Assembly: GCA_020184695.1 (NCBI GenBank)
Contig: JAANOX010000225.1
Span: 1-64,000 of the forward strand
Direction: 5' to 3'
Length of the DNA: 64,000 bases
Source of the DNA: Histomonas meleagridis 2922-C6/04-290x
Lineage: Eukaryota > Protista > Parabasalia
Shown: piece by piece, positions 1 through 11,596 of the stretch
Position numbering within the stretch: position 1 is the stretch's first letter
How the letters are laid out: the number at the start of each line of letters is the position of its first letter
The notes under the pieces: model-generated
Database searches by the model: none
What the model was told of the DNA's origin: nothing
Seen by the model: only the letters and a program-made list of their open reading frames with translations
Position numbers and translations under genes: made by a program

Positions 1-1038
1 ATCCAACAGCGGAAATATTATCAGATAAAAGAAAAGCATATATATGTTTTTTGTAAAAAAGCACTTGCAGAAACATATAATAACATAATTTCACATAATA
101 GTCATGCACATAATATTTCAAGAATAAAAAATATTAAGATCACTATACATCAAGTATAATATGTAAAAAATTTCGTAAGTACACATTATCGGAATGTTAG
201 ACTTGTAATATCTACTTGAAATTTCTTGTATGATTTCGTCATCAGTAATAATTTTATTCGAAATCAAAAATTGATCTAATATTTGATACAAATTAATATT
301 GGCCGGCACAAACGGAGATTCCAAAATTATGCTTTTGTATAAATATATTACATCATATGCTTCAGAAGCCTTTTGACAATTCTTATATGTAGATGTTTTT
401 TGCCACGCTTCCATAAATGAGAATACCATAATTTGTTCTGAACAAGATTAGAATATTGCTTTTTATACAATTCGTTTAATAGAATTGCTTTCTCGAATCA
501 TTTAATTTGAGCTAATATTCGCTGATAAAGTGAGAAAACAACACGCACCATGCAAATAAACCAAACACTTTTGTTAAATTTGGTTTGAGGTAATGTATTT
601 TAAATGTTATTTGATGATCCAGAGGCTCCTAGAAGTGATACAGCTGATCTCACAGAAAAAAAACAACTCTGAGATCGAAAGAGAAACAGGTAATTGCAGA
701 AAATTTGTTCGAATGATTTGCATAATTTATTGAATAATTCTGTTTTCCATAAAAATTCTCATATTGAAAAACTTTCCATCATTAATTTGTAATAACGGAT
801 AAGGTCAACAATATGACGACAAATAACATGAGAATGGGAGCCCGCACGATAGCTGATCTGCTATCAGAAGAAAATTAAATTAGTCATGGGACATTGTACA
901 TAGTAGGACAGCGATTGGGTTTAATTACTTGCCGCCAAAGAAAATTGATACTAATGACCTTAAATTCATTCTGGTCAGTTCAAATGATCATAATAAGTAA
1001 AAATCTCAAATAAGTGTCAAAAAAAAAAGTACCACTTC

Positions 1039-1047
1039 GTATTCAAT
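1039..1047. repeat. Left target-site duplication (GTATTCAAT) of the Mutator-like element
   Basis: An identical 9-mer lies at 5688-5696, and each copy directly abuts a TIR end. A 9-bp TSD is typical of the Mutator superfamily. Confidence 0.95.
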
Positions 1048-1734
1048 GAGAGTCTGGGTAGCATACCCAAAACATACCCACTTTTGGACGGTTATTCCCA
1101 CAATTTTCGACTTTTTGAATTCGATGTAAAATAACCGTCTCATTTTTCCAAAATTTTGGATATTTCGAAAAATAAAGCTTAACAAAATAGAATAATTTTC
1201 AACAATAGTAAGAACTATATCAATATGATTATTCATGAATAGTATAGAATTAAATAATAATGAGTATTCGTGGAAAAAAACGATTTTGAAAATAATCATA
1301 AAATATTATAAAATAAATAGTATAATCGAATTCTCCATATGTTAAAACATATTACTGTATTCTTTTTTTGCCAAAATACAAAATGTATATTGTGTTATTA
1401 GCAAATGTTTTTGATGTCCATTATGCATTATTGAATTCATGTTCAAAAAAAGTGGGAATTGTGAAGAAATAATTTCATTCAATTTTAATTTCAATACAAA
1501 ATAATTTAAATGAATAATCAATAAATAAGAATAATTATATATATTAAGCATTGACAAACAATGAGCTACAAAATATATTTTTTAATAAGCATTAAATTAC
1601 AATAATTTATGAATAACATTATTTACAATCATTGATAAATAATGAATTATAATGATTATCATTAATTAAACATTAATATACAATGATTTATAATTATTTA
1701 TTTTACTAAACATTAATATACAATGATTTATAAT
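1048..1734 (+). repeat. Left terminal inverted repeat, including a private insert of about 180 bp (~1305-1483)
   Basis: Near-identical to the reverse complement of 5119-5687 apart from two private blocks. Confidence 0.9.
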
Positions 1735-2057
1735 TATTTATTTCATTAAATATTAATATACAATGATTTATAATTATTTATTTCATTAAATATTAATATA
1801 CAATGATTTATAATTATTTATTTCATTAGACATTCATATACAATGATTTATAATGATTATCATTAATTAAACATTCATATACAATGATTTATAATCATTT
1901 ATTTCATTAAACATTCATATACGATGATTTATAACGATTATCATTAATTAAACATTAATATACAATGATTTATAATGATTATCATTAATTAAACATTAAC
2001 ATACAATGATTTATAATCATTTCTTTCATTAAATATTAATATACAATGATTTATAAT
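1651..2057 (+). repeat. Subterminal tandem array of about 10 copies of a 40/41-bp unit (CATTAATATACAATGATTTATAAT...)
   Basis: Units start at 1671, 1711, 1751, 1791, 1831, 1872, 1912, 1953, 1994 and 2034. There are two tail variants. Confidence 0.9.
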
Positions 2058-2873
2058 TTCAATTAGGCAATGAAAGTTTTCAGATAAAATGTTAAGCAAT
2101 AAGCACATATTTATTGTCATAAAAATCAAAAACAAGCATTTAAAAAACAATCAATTAATATATCAATTTTTATTAAATATATAAATGAAATAATCAGACA
2201 ATTTTGTTAAAGCAATATGCTTAACATTCGAAATGCAATAAATTATGATGAAATTAATAAAATATTATCTATAATATGATAAACTTTTAATTATTTTATC
2301 AATAATCGATTCTTATATAAGAATCTTTTATGTGAATCAATAGACAACAACTTGTTGTAAACGAAAAAATATTGATCATCTAAAAAGCTATGAATCATTT
2401 TTTAATCTTACTATACTTCATAAAACAATAATTTATTATTTGATGAACATTTATAAGCAAATGAATATGATAACAATATTTGCTTTTCTACATAAAAGTT
2501 AATATTAAGGTGCAAGTTAAATATATAAAAGCCAATAATAGATAATGAGAACAAATAATAAATATTATAAATGCATTAAAATTATTCGTAAAACATCAAT
2601 AATCAATGAATTACATTATATGAATGAATAAAAGCAATAGTTTTTTGAGTATGTGCAAAATATTATAAGCACTTATATATCAAATAAATCATTGTTTAAT
2701 TTGAAAAAACAAATTAATTGAATAAATGTGCAACAATAAAGCAAATCATGAATTTGTGTTACGCATGATAATGCAATGAAATGAAAGTAAATTATAAATA
2801 TTCATTAATAATAATTGACTTTAATTTACCTTGCACTTCAATTAAATATATTATACTTTTTCTAATCTTTTAA

Positions 2874-4577
2874 TTAGTTGAATTTCATGTTCCATTTTTT
2901 TTCCAATTGCGACATATTTTCCCAACCACCTCTATCGAACAATTTCGTAATTATTTTATTTTTATCTTTTTTACTTGATTTCATATATTTTTTAACTATT
3001 GTCCATGGTATTCCATAATTTCTTTTCACTTTTCTGGCTCTAGTATTTATAGGTGTAAAACGACCCATTTTATTTTTAGAATAAAATGGTGGTGTTATTT
3101 TAATATTTCGAAATACTGACGAACTCAGCATTTCTTCAAAATTTGGGGTAACACCAAAATCATTTGTGTTTTCAAGTTCCATCGCTTTATTAAAATAAAA
3201 ATATTTGTTTCTCATATATTTAATTTGTTCAATAAACTCTAGACTTTCATTGTGAAATGGTTTTTCATAAAATTTTTTCGGAATAACTGAATTATCCCTA
3301 TCTCGATTAAGATATTTGTTTTTCTGCACATCCTCTAATGTTTGAATATGAACGAAAAATTCATGAAGAGAAGGTTTATATGTATTAATGTATCTATTCA
3401 TCGTCCTATTGAAGCTTTCGTTTCCATTATTGGTAGATCTTTCGAGCATTGGTTTCCCAGTCGTATTCCAAAGATCAATAGGATATATTGTTGAATATGT
3501 TTTCTGAAAATAGTCAATAAATTCATCAATTGACTTTTCCCCACATTTAAGTTTAGTCATAAAATCAATAAATTTTTTTGCTGAATTAATTTCAATATAT
3601 GGAAGGAGCTTGAGAATTTTCAACAGATCAATAAGAAATATATTTTGAGATCTCTTAAAATCGGATTTATGTTTTTTCAAAGTTTGAACATAATGAAAAT
3701 AGCATAGTTGCAAGCATGAATTATTGTGCGAAAATATTTTTTTGATCGAATTTATCATAGCTAATTCGAAGTCACAAACAAACTTAACATCTTGCTTGAT
3801 AGAATAACCACAGCTTTGCAAGTATGCATAATATAGACTAAATGCAAGATTATATGTTTCTTCCTTTTTGTTTGGTAGACATATATATAACAAAGGAATA
3901 TTCATAATCGGTGTTCTTCCAATAAAAGTAACTAATTGGTATGAATTTATTGGTGAAATTTTGAAAGTTCCATCAATACCGATCATTGAAGATTCTTGAA
4001 TTCTTTTTAACATGAAATCCGATGAAAACCCATAAATAACTTTATCAGCATTTATAGGTACTTCAAATAACAATAACCGATCTCCATTTAAAGTTTGTTT
4101 AAAATCAGTGTTCGATGTATATTGTCTGTTCAATTCTCCAACAAAGTTCTGTACTTTCCGCAGAGAAATGGAATTTTTGGTTTTGCCTATGAGCGTTTTC
4201 TTCTCGATCCAATTCAACAATTTATTGAAAATTAAAAATGGCATCCGATGATATTTGTTGTCATTGAACAATTCTATGATTTTTTTTTCGATGTCTTCTT
4301 TGCTCCAAAATGGTGAATCATTTTGTGTATTTTGATCGCAACTATGAATTCCATGAATAATATATGAATAAGACGATAAATCTGCAGAAAAATCACATGA
4401 AAGACGGCATTTGCAATAACCTGGCATGCTTCGATTGTTATGAATGCATCTATAAAAAGCTATTCGATGTTTTTTACTTCCGTTGCGCTCAAACTGATAT
4501 TTATAGTTGTTAATTTCGATCATATAGGGTATTCTACAATACATACCATCATAACGCCCAGGCCAACTCGCGATCAT
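2874..4577 (-). CDS. MULE (Mutator-family) DDE transposase, 567 aa
   Basis: IDGTFK (D1), VCDFE (D2), CYFH (CxxH) and TNNGNESFN (E) are all present, plus an N-terminal C..C..H.C WRKY/GCM/FLYWCH-like zinc finger. The ORF is uninterrupted. Confidence 0.93.
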   Translation of the reverse strand: MIASWPGRYDGMYCRIPYMIEINNYKYQFERNGSKKHRIAFYRCIHNNRSMPGYCKCRLSCDFSADLSSYSYIIHGIHSCDQNTQNDSPFWSKEDIEKKIIELFNDNKYHRMPFLIFNKLLNWIEKKTLIGKTKNSISLRKVQNFVGELNRQYTSNTDFKQTLNGDRLLLFEVPINADKVIYGFSSDFMLKRIQESSMIGIDGTFKISPINSYQLVTFIGRTPIMNIPLLYICLPNKKEETYNLAFSLYYAYLQSCGYSIKQDVKFVCDFELAMINSIKKIFSHNNSCLQLCYFHYVQTLKKHKSDFKRSQNIFLIDLLKILKLLPYIEINSAKKFIDFMTKLKCGEKSIDEFIDYFQKTYSTIYPIDLWNTTGKPMLERSTNNGNESFNRTMNRYINTYKPSLHEFFVHIQTLEDVQKNKYLNRDRDNSVIPKKFYEKPFHNESLEFIEQIKYMRNKYFYFNKAMELENTNDFGVTPNFEEMLSSSVFRNIKITPPFYSKNKMGRFTPINTRARKVKRNYGIPWTIVKKYMKSSKKDKNKIITKLFDRGGWENMSQLEKKWNMKFN

Positions 4578-5118
4578 TTTTTACAAATATGATGGCCAAA
4601 TATTTATTGAAAAAGTTGATTTCTTTTATTATTTCATCGACAATCATGTTTAACATGAAATCAACATATTTTGTAATTTGAATATCAAATTCATTGTTTA
4701 TCAAGGTCTACAGTTTGATATTATAGAAATTTATTGTATTTCACAATAAGAAAAATGTTTCATCATATTTTATTGTTTTTATAAGTTTAGCATATCATAA
4801 TATATAATATTATTGATGTTAAATAAAAATAATAATTCAATGTTGTTTAATAAGGAAATTTAACATATGGTTTATTGATATTCAATAAAAAATTTATAAT
4901 TTATGAATCACAAAATTATATGTGTTAGGTAATGTTTTAGAATTAAATTCAGGAAAAATTATTGTTACAAAAGATATAATTAACAAAATCATTGTAATTC
5001 AATGCTCGTTAATGTCATATAAAGATATTCATCAAAATTAATAAATGTTTGATAAATGAATATTTAAAGAACTAAATAATTAAAATTCATTGTTTGTTGA
5101 TATATAATGTAGAAAACC

Positions 5119-5687
5119 ATTATAAATCATTGTATATTAATGTTTAGTAAAATAAATAATTATAAATCATTGTATATTAATGTTTAATTAATGATAATCA
5201 TTATAATTCATTATTTATCAATGATTGTAAATAATGTTATTCATAAATTATTGTAATTTAATGCTTATTAAAAAATATATTTTGTAGCTCATTGTTTGTC
5301 AATGCTTAATATATATAATTATTCTTATTTATTGATTATTCATTTAAATTATTTTGTTTTACAATGTCATTTTTTATTTGTTCAGAATTTATTGCGGCAA
5401 AAATGTAAAGTATTGAAATTAAAATTTTATGATTATTTTCAAAATCGTTTTTTTCCACGAATACTCATTATTATTTAATTCTATACTATTCATGAATAAT
5501 CATATTGATATAGTTCTTACTATTGTTGAAATTATTCTATTTTGTTAAGCTTTATTTTTTCGAAATTTTTTTTATCCAAAATTTTGGAAAAATGAGACGG
5601 TTATTTTACATCGAATTCAAAAAGTCGAAAATTGTGGGAATAACCGTCCAAAAGTGGGTATGTTTTGGGTATGCTACCCAGACTCTC
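5119..5687 (-). repeat. Right terminal inverted repeat, including a private insert of about 54 bp (~5356-5409)
   Basis: Reverse complement of the left TIR. It carries only about 2 units of the 40-bp repeat. Confidence 0.9.
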
Positions 5688-5696
5688 GTATTCAAT
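5688..5696. repeat. Right target-site duplication (GTATTCAAT)
   Basis: Identical to 1039-1047. Confidence 0.95.
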
Positions 5697-6124
5697 ATTT
5701 GCCTGATTTGATATGGTGGGGGTATCGTTTTTGATTAAGCTTTATTAAAATTTGGAGAGTTTTTGCCCTATCATAAGATAAATCGTTTTTTTTTTTTTTT
5801 TTTCTTTTTTGATATATATTATTTCATATATTGATTCAAATTAATATATTATTAAATTATGTTTTTTGTAATTAATTCTAATTTCACCTAAATTATTTTG
5901 AATATCGGTAATATTAATTTAAATATCCAGGTCAAAACTACACGAAGGAGTATATCTATTGCCGAATGAATTTTAAGATGGCGCTGATAAATGGACAAGA
6001 CAAGGAATCATTAGACGTTGAATTGTGATCACATGTAAAGTTATGAAAATTTACATGACGATTCAACTTTTTTTTGATCTTAAGCGGTTTTTTGTATAAA
6101 CTTATCAAAAAATACAAAGAAGTG

Positions 6125-9100
6125 ATGGAAGAAGAAAATGATGCATTCATGAACCTTATAAAAGAAGGCCTCCAACCAGAAACTACCGACGAAAAGCTCA
6201 AATCAATTCTATATCAGTTTCAGCATGAAGTCAACATGAGTAAATTTTCAAAATATCCTCGGTATAAAATCATTGAATTCTTTAATATTATATGGAAATT
6301 ACTTCTTACTAGTTCCGCAAGCGAATCTTCTACCACAAGGCTTGCAGCATATCGGGCTACAGGTGCATTTCTTACACGAATTACACCATATTTTCCAGAA
6401 ATTGTTCACACTTCATTTTCAGATGTAACTCTTCAAGCCACAATTGATGTTAGTTCATCTGCAGTAATTGCTTCATCATTTGCATTTATTTCAACATATA
6501 TAGCTCCACCATTTTTACCTAAATTTTTAAGGCATTCTCCAGTTTTCCATCATTTCGCATCTGACAATCAAGCTTTTTCTGAGCATTTGGCGGTTATCAT
6601 CACACATTTGGGGCACCTCGGAATTGATTGGCTGAAAAATTTACTTCAATATTTCCTAGAAAAATTAGGAGAATCTTCTTCAAGATATTTAATTAAATCA
6701 ATAGCTGCAATAATTAGTCATGACCCACCATTGTTCATTAAAATTATTATGGACTATACAAAAAATAATATACCAACATTTATTAACTTGATTTCATTTA
6801 TTATATCAAACCAACAATGTGAGTTGGAAAACATCGATTTAAGCCAAACTGCTATTTCTGCACTTGATATAATTGATAATCCAAATTCATCACCTGCTGA
6901 TATTGATTCAGCTGTTCAAGTTTTAGCATTTAAGTCCTCGTCTTTTAATGTTAGTGTTGATTTAGTTTCGGATAATTGTCATATTACTGTATGGAATGAT
7001 ACAACCAAAAAAGAAAAAGATGTTAGCATCAAATTAATAGACACTAAGTCATCATTTTATTTGTTGCCTCTACCATTTGATTATCTAATCCCCAAAAAAG
7101 GAGAATCATTAATGATTCTTAGTTCTAAATTTAAATCACTTGCATCAAATCCTAATTTTGACACCGAATCTGTTCTTAATATCTTTGAGCCATATCTCTT
7201 AATGGAATATAACACTGTTGCTTCCTCTGCTCTTCAAGGTCTCACATATATAATAAACCGTTTATTAACCGATGTCAAAACAAACCGTTTGCACATGATC
7301 GTTCGAAAAGTGCTCTTTTCGAAACAAACTTCATGGTATCATTCATTTGATAAATTACGTATCATCAAGAACATAAACCCAGCGTTATTTAAGGAAAAAT
7401 TAGGAGAAAAGTTATATAATGAGTTATTAGATTTCATTGTAAATTTATGTTCATGTGAAAATGATTCATTATCAAATGAAGCAGTTAATACCATTTTAGA
7501 ATATTTAACACCGAATAATTTTGAGGTGATAATTCGATCACATTTACGTCAATTTGATATTTTCACAACGAATTTATTTTATCGCTCGATTTATTTCATG
7601 CGAAATATTATTGAGAAACATAACATTCATTTAATCGAAATCGATTTATATTGTTCCCAAATCCTTGAATCATTATTTTTATATTATGATAACTTAAATA
7701 TTTTATCTGAAATTCTTTTATTCTTTTCCATATATAAATATCCAAATCATAAATTAAATGATTTAATTGATATCTCGAATTGTATCTTTAAATCATCATA
7801 TGAAACAATTACTGGAAACACATTAAACATTGAAATCAATGCAAATAACATTGAAACATATAACGAATTAATAGTAAATGATATAAATAATAGAAACGTC
7901 GATATGATAACAGAATCGAATATAAATTATATGGAATTTATCGAGCCAATGCGTTCATCACTTTTGTTTATGTTTTCGTTACCTATAAATAATGAAATTA
8001 TTAACATCGCAAATCTTTCACATAATTTGTTTCCTTTGGAATGTTCCAATTACTTTTATAATAATTGGAAAAACATCGAAGAAGAAAATAAATTTGTTAC
8101 ATTGTCAACAATAAAACGATTTTTAAATTACGTCGGAAATATAAATGTACATAGTATTTGGTGTCGGATATCAATGAAAGAGAAAAACTTCTTAAACGAT
8201 TATCGATATAATGAATCAAAAGATTTCTTGAAAGTAATTTCACGATATTATATTAAAAACAATTCTTATTCCAAAAATATTAATGCAACAACTTCATTTG
8301 TTTATTATTTATATGTTGTTGATAATAAATTAATTGATATTAAAAAATTTATAAATGAAATCGAAGTAAACCATAGAATTGATTTCGTGAAAAATTATAA
8401 AAAATTATATAAATTAATTAAAGAAAAGTTTAATGATTTATTACCAAATGAAATAACTAATGAGAAAAATGAAATCAAAAATGAAATTATCGAAAAAGAT
8501 AATAAAATCGAAATGTTCCCAAACAATTTAAAAGTCGAAGAAATTCAAAATTATTTCGTTCATTATGTATATCATCAAGAAAATGTTTTACTTTCATTGT
8601 TACTTTCAAATGCGAAAAAACTTAAAGTTAAATTGGAAATTAAAAATATCGAATTTCCAAAAAATACTATTGATATAGTTGCAAAATATTTGGCTGAAAA
8701 CCAATTGGATATTATATCATTTGATGATGCTTTAGAATTGGCAATTACGAGTTGGAGGCCTTTAGTCGTTGAAGTCATCAAGAAAAATCAAATTGAATTA
8801 TTGAATGCATTGAATTCCAAAGAAAAAATTAAGAAGAAGACATTGATTTCCTTTGAATCTTTATTGGGTACAATTAAATTCGACGATAATTTGCTATTGA
8901 AATTAACTAAGAGAATTTTGAATCAGGCCGAAACTGAAAAACGCTTTCAAATCGTCATTTCCTTTGTGACAAAAGTGGTTTCGGTTGTAGAGAAAATTGA
9001 CAAGGAATTTGTGAGCGAAACAATCACAGTGTTCGACAAAAATTTCAATGTATTGAACGATCAAATTTCATACATTTTATTATTGTTTGCACAAAAGCTT

Positions 9101-10129
9101 CCATTAGAATATAGTACATTAGCATTTATAAACAAATGTTTTATATTCTGTGGGAAACGTTCACCATCATTTGGAAGACTTCATCAAATATTAATTGGTG
9201 TATCATCAAATGTTAAATATGTTGGAAGAAATTATTTCCTTGAACTTCCCGAAATCATTATACCATTTATCAAATCTAAAAAGCCATCTAAGTATTGCAC
9301 AGGCTTAAGATTAGTTGAACAATCAAATTTGTCGATACCACTTGAGAAGTCAATGGCATTTTTAAAGATAGCAATTGAACGTATCACAAGTAGTTATGAT
9401 GAATGTTCATATTCGCAGCCTATTTTAGAATATTCATATCGGATGATAATGTCATTATTCATAAAACCTAATTCATTACAATATCAATTATATATAATAA
9501 ATAACTACTACCCGAACAAACTAATCACTGATTCAACCAAAGCAAGTTATCAATACACAATATTAATATTACCAATTTCGATGAAAATTATAAATTTGAA
9601 CGATAACACCAAAAAAGTGACACTTCTTATCGAATCGTTATTTTCACAAGGTGTGTTCATACAATACGGTTTTAGAGCACTTTTACGATGGATTGAAAAA
9701 GTTAACTCGGTCGATGAAAAAGAAAACATATTAATGAATTGTTTATTGATATGGTTACGTAAAAATCATAACAATATTTCATATTGTACTATGAAAGAAA
9801 CTTATGAATGGGTTTGTTTTATGGGAAATATTTTAAAGCCTCAACGAGTTATCGAAATAATTTGTTTTCAGATGCTTCGACACTTACATTTTAATATTAT
9901 ATTTCCGAATCTGCTTAAGTTTTATGTTAAATATAAGAATGATGATAATGTAAATGAATTTAATGAGTTAATGGATACCGCAACAGAATTAGTGAATAAA
10001 AACTATTGTAAAGAGGCACTAAAATTAATGCAAACGACAAAGAACTATAAGGAATTGATTCGATTGGCGTTGTTTGATGACGATTGTAAGGAAACAAATG
10101 AAATAATTGAAAACCTTAAAAGTTGTTGA
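6125..10129 (+). CDS. Large hypothetical alpha-solenoid (HEAT/ARM-like) protein, about 1334 aa
   Basis: Long ORF with an amphipathic helical N-terminus (TRLAAYRATGAFLTRITPYFPE). First ATG is at 6125; the track start at 6074 is TTG. Confidence 0.75.
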   Translation: MEEENDAFMNLIKEGLQPETTDEKLKSILYQFQHEVNMSKFSKYPRYKIIEFFNIIWKLLLTSSASESSTTRLAAYRATGAFLTRITPYFPEIVHTSFSDVTLQATIDVSSSAVIASSFAFISTYIAPPFLPKFLRHSPVFHHFASDNQAFSEHLAVIITHLGHLGIDWLKNLLQYFLEKLGESSSRYLIKSIAAIISHDPPLFIKIIMDYTKNNIPTFINLISFIISNQQCELENIDLSQTAISALDIIDNPNSSPADIDSAVQVLAFKSSSFNVSVDLVSDNCHITVWNDTTKKEKDVSIKLIDTKSSFYLLPLPFDYLIPKKGESLMILSSKFKSLASNPNFDTESVLNIFEPYLLMEYNTVASSALQGLTYIINRLLTDVKTNRLHMIVRKVLFSKQTSWYHSFDKLRIIKNINPALFKEKLGEKLYNELLDFIVNLCSCENDSLSNEAVNTILEYLTPNNFEVIIRSHLRQFDIFTTNLFYRSIYFMRNIIEKHNIHLIEIDLYCSQILESLFLYYDNLNILSEILLFFSIYKYPNHKLNDLIDISNCIFKSSYETITGNTLNIEINANNIETYNELIVNDINNRNVDMITESNINYMEFIEPMRSSLLFMFSLPINNEIINIANLSHNLFPLECSNYFYNNWKNIEEENKFVTLSTIKRFLNYVGNINVHSIWCRISMKEKNFLNDYRYNESKDFLKVISRYYIKNNSYSKNINATTSFVYYLYVVDNKLIDIKKFINEIEVNHRIDFVKNYKKLYKLIKEKFNDLLPNEITNEKNEIKNEIIEKDNKIEMFPNNLKVEEIQNYFVHYVYHQENVLLSLLLSNAKKLKVKLEIKNIEFPKNTIDIVAKYLAENQLDIISFDDALELAITSWRPLVVEVIKKNQIELLNALNSKEKIKKKTLISFESLLGTIKFDDNLLLKLTKRILNQAETEKRFQIVISFVTKVVSVVEKIDKEFVSETITVFDKNFNVLNDQISYILLLFAQKLPLEYSTLAFINKCFIFCGKRSPSFGRLHQILIGVSSNVKYVGRNYFLELPEIIIPFIKSKKPSKYCTGLRLVEQSNLSIPLEKSMAFLKIAIERITSSYDECSYSQPILEYSYRMIMSLFIKPNSLQYQLYIINNYYPNKLITDSTKASYQYTILILPISMKIINLNDNTKKVTLLIESLFSQGVFIQYGFRALLRWIEKVNSVDEKENILMNCLLIWLRKNHNNISYCTMKETYEWVCFMGNILKPQRVIEIICFQMLRHLHFNIIFPNLLKFYVKYKNDDNVNEFNELMDTATELVNKNYCKEALKLMQTTKNYKELIRLALFDDDCKETNEIIENLKSC

Positions 10130-10476
10130 ATAAAATATATTTGAAATTTTTATGACTTTTTTGGATAAAAACATTAAAAGAGAAAGCAAACCAAAAAGTT
10201 CTGTGTCGCATTCTTAAGATTTAAATTTACATATTTATCAATTTATTATATTTCATTTAAAACAATATCCACTTAATAGTATGCCCATTATTTGATTTAA
10301 TTACCGATTCAAACACAAGTATTTTTAAATATTATTGGTAATTTTAGCTAGATTAATTCCAAAGGAAATGGGGTACCCCTAACGCACAGAAAAAGTTTGA
10401 TCCTTTTTGCAACAAACGGTTATAATAAAATTGATAGAGAAATAATCGTCTTGTTTAATCTGACCAACTATACTTG

Positions 10477-10482
10477 TCACTT
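10477..10482 (+). promoter_or_regulatory. Trichomonad initiator (Inr)-like TCACTT
   Basis: Matches the TCA(C/T)T(A/T) Inr consensus and ends about 10 nt upstream of the proteasome ATG. Confidence 0.6.
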
Positions 10483-10491
10483 TTTAATTCA

Positions 10492-11169
10492 ATGATGGAA
10501 GCACCAATCGAACACAAACAAAAACAATGGAATCCTTATAATAATAATGGCGGTACAGCAGTTGGAATTACTGGTACTGATTTCGTTATGGTTGGAACTG
10601 ATACCCGCCTTTCAGCAAACTATAATATTGATTGCCGTCATAAAAGTCGTGTTTTCCCAATGACAAAAAAGGCTATGATTGTTGCCACTGGATTTGATGC
10701 AGATATTGATGCTTTTGTTACTCGAATGAAGAACATTTTAGTTAACTATCAGCAAGAGCATTTTAAGGAATTATCCACTGAATCTCTTGCGCATTCAGTT
10801 TCTAATGTTTTATACTCTAAGCGCTTCTTCCCTTATGAAGTAAATATCTTGGTTGCAGGAATTGGTCAAAATGGCCAAGGCCTCCTCTATGGATATGATC
10901 CTATTGGATGTATCGAAAGCCTCCACTATGATACAAATGGTACAGGATCACCAATGGCCATTCCAATTCTTGATGCTGCATTTGGAACAATCCATCATAA
11001 CACACAGCCATTTAACCACCCAAGTCTTGACACTGCAAGAGACCTCATCAGAGATGTCATGGCTTCCGTTGCTGAAAGAGATATATATACAGGCGATTTC
11101 CTTCAAATTGCAATAATGAAAAAGGATGATGGATTTATACTTGAAGAATACCCTCTACCAGCACATTAA
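10492..11169 (+). CDS. PSMB1: 20S proteasome subunit beta type-1 (beta6/Pre7)
   Basis: QWNPYNNNGGTAVGITGTDFVMVGTDTRL, LYSKRFFPY, YGYDPIG and ERDIYTGD match beta6. Confidence 0.95.
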   Translation: MMEAPIEHKQKQWNPYNNNGGTAVGITGTDFVMVGTDTRLSANYNIDCRHKSRVFPMTKKAMIVATGFDADIDAFVTRMKNILVNYQQEHFKELSTESLAHSVSNVLYSKRFFPYEVNILVAGIGQNGQGLLYGYDPIGCIESLHYDTNGTGSPMAIPILDAAFGTIHHNTQPFNHPSLDTARDLIRDVMASVAERDIYTGDFLQIAIMKKDDGFILEEYPLPAH

Positions 11170-11189
11170 ATGAGATTGATTGAATTAAT

Positions 11190-11596
11190 TTGTTTTTTAT
11201 TTTGAGATTAATTAACAATTTAAATTCTCATGATTTGAAATATTTTTTGAATATAACTCAGTTGAGTCGTAAAAAATTTCTTCATAACAATAGACATTTC
11301 ATATTCCATTATTTTAAAAAAAATAATCATTCTTTTAAAAGAATTCCAAGAATCTTTTATATAGAAAAACTCAGAGCTGTTAGAAGGAATGAATGTATAA
11401 CATCTGAAACTAATCGTGATAAAAGTGTTGCTTTAAATATTAAAAATAATGAAAAAGAACAATTGAAATTTAAATAATACCAATATCATATGAGAAAAGT
11501 GGATTGGGAATAATGCCAATCATTGGAATTTCCATTGCTGTAGCTGTTGCTATAGTTATTATTGGAACAACTTGGCGATTTCTAAAGAATAAATAA
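11190..11596 (+). pseudogene. Decayed surface-protein remnant ending in a single TM helix and a short basic tail
   Basis: 11474-11596 reads ...KSGLGIMPIIGISIAVAVAIVIIGTTWRFLKNK*. Upstream frames are broken. Confidence 0.35.

Larger units (their letters stand above)
1048..5687 (-). mobile_element. Complete Mutator-like DNA transposon (MULE), 4640 bp
   Basis: Ends GAGAGTCTGGGTAGCATACCC... and ...GGGTATGCTACCCAGACTCTC are perfect inverted repeats. It has a 9-bp TSD and an internal MULE transposase ORF. Confidence 0.95.

Noticed and set aside
1-1047. Degraded minus-strand gene interrupted by the MULE (ORF 118-429; LLGASGS motif)
   Set aside because: It has multiple stops and frameshifts and no family could be recognised.
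1671-2057. MULE 40-bp repeat as a double of the 20-nt ankyrin module
   Set aside because: There is no F-x-I-x/8-nt phasing, and alternate halves contain stops. The shared period looks coincidental.
1006-5711. Short ORFs at 1006-1299, 1342-1557, 5296-5478 and 5523-5711
   Set aside because: They are mirror-image translations of the TIRs.
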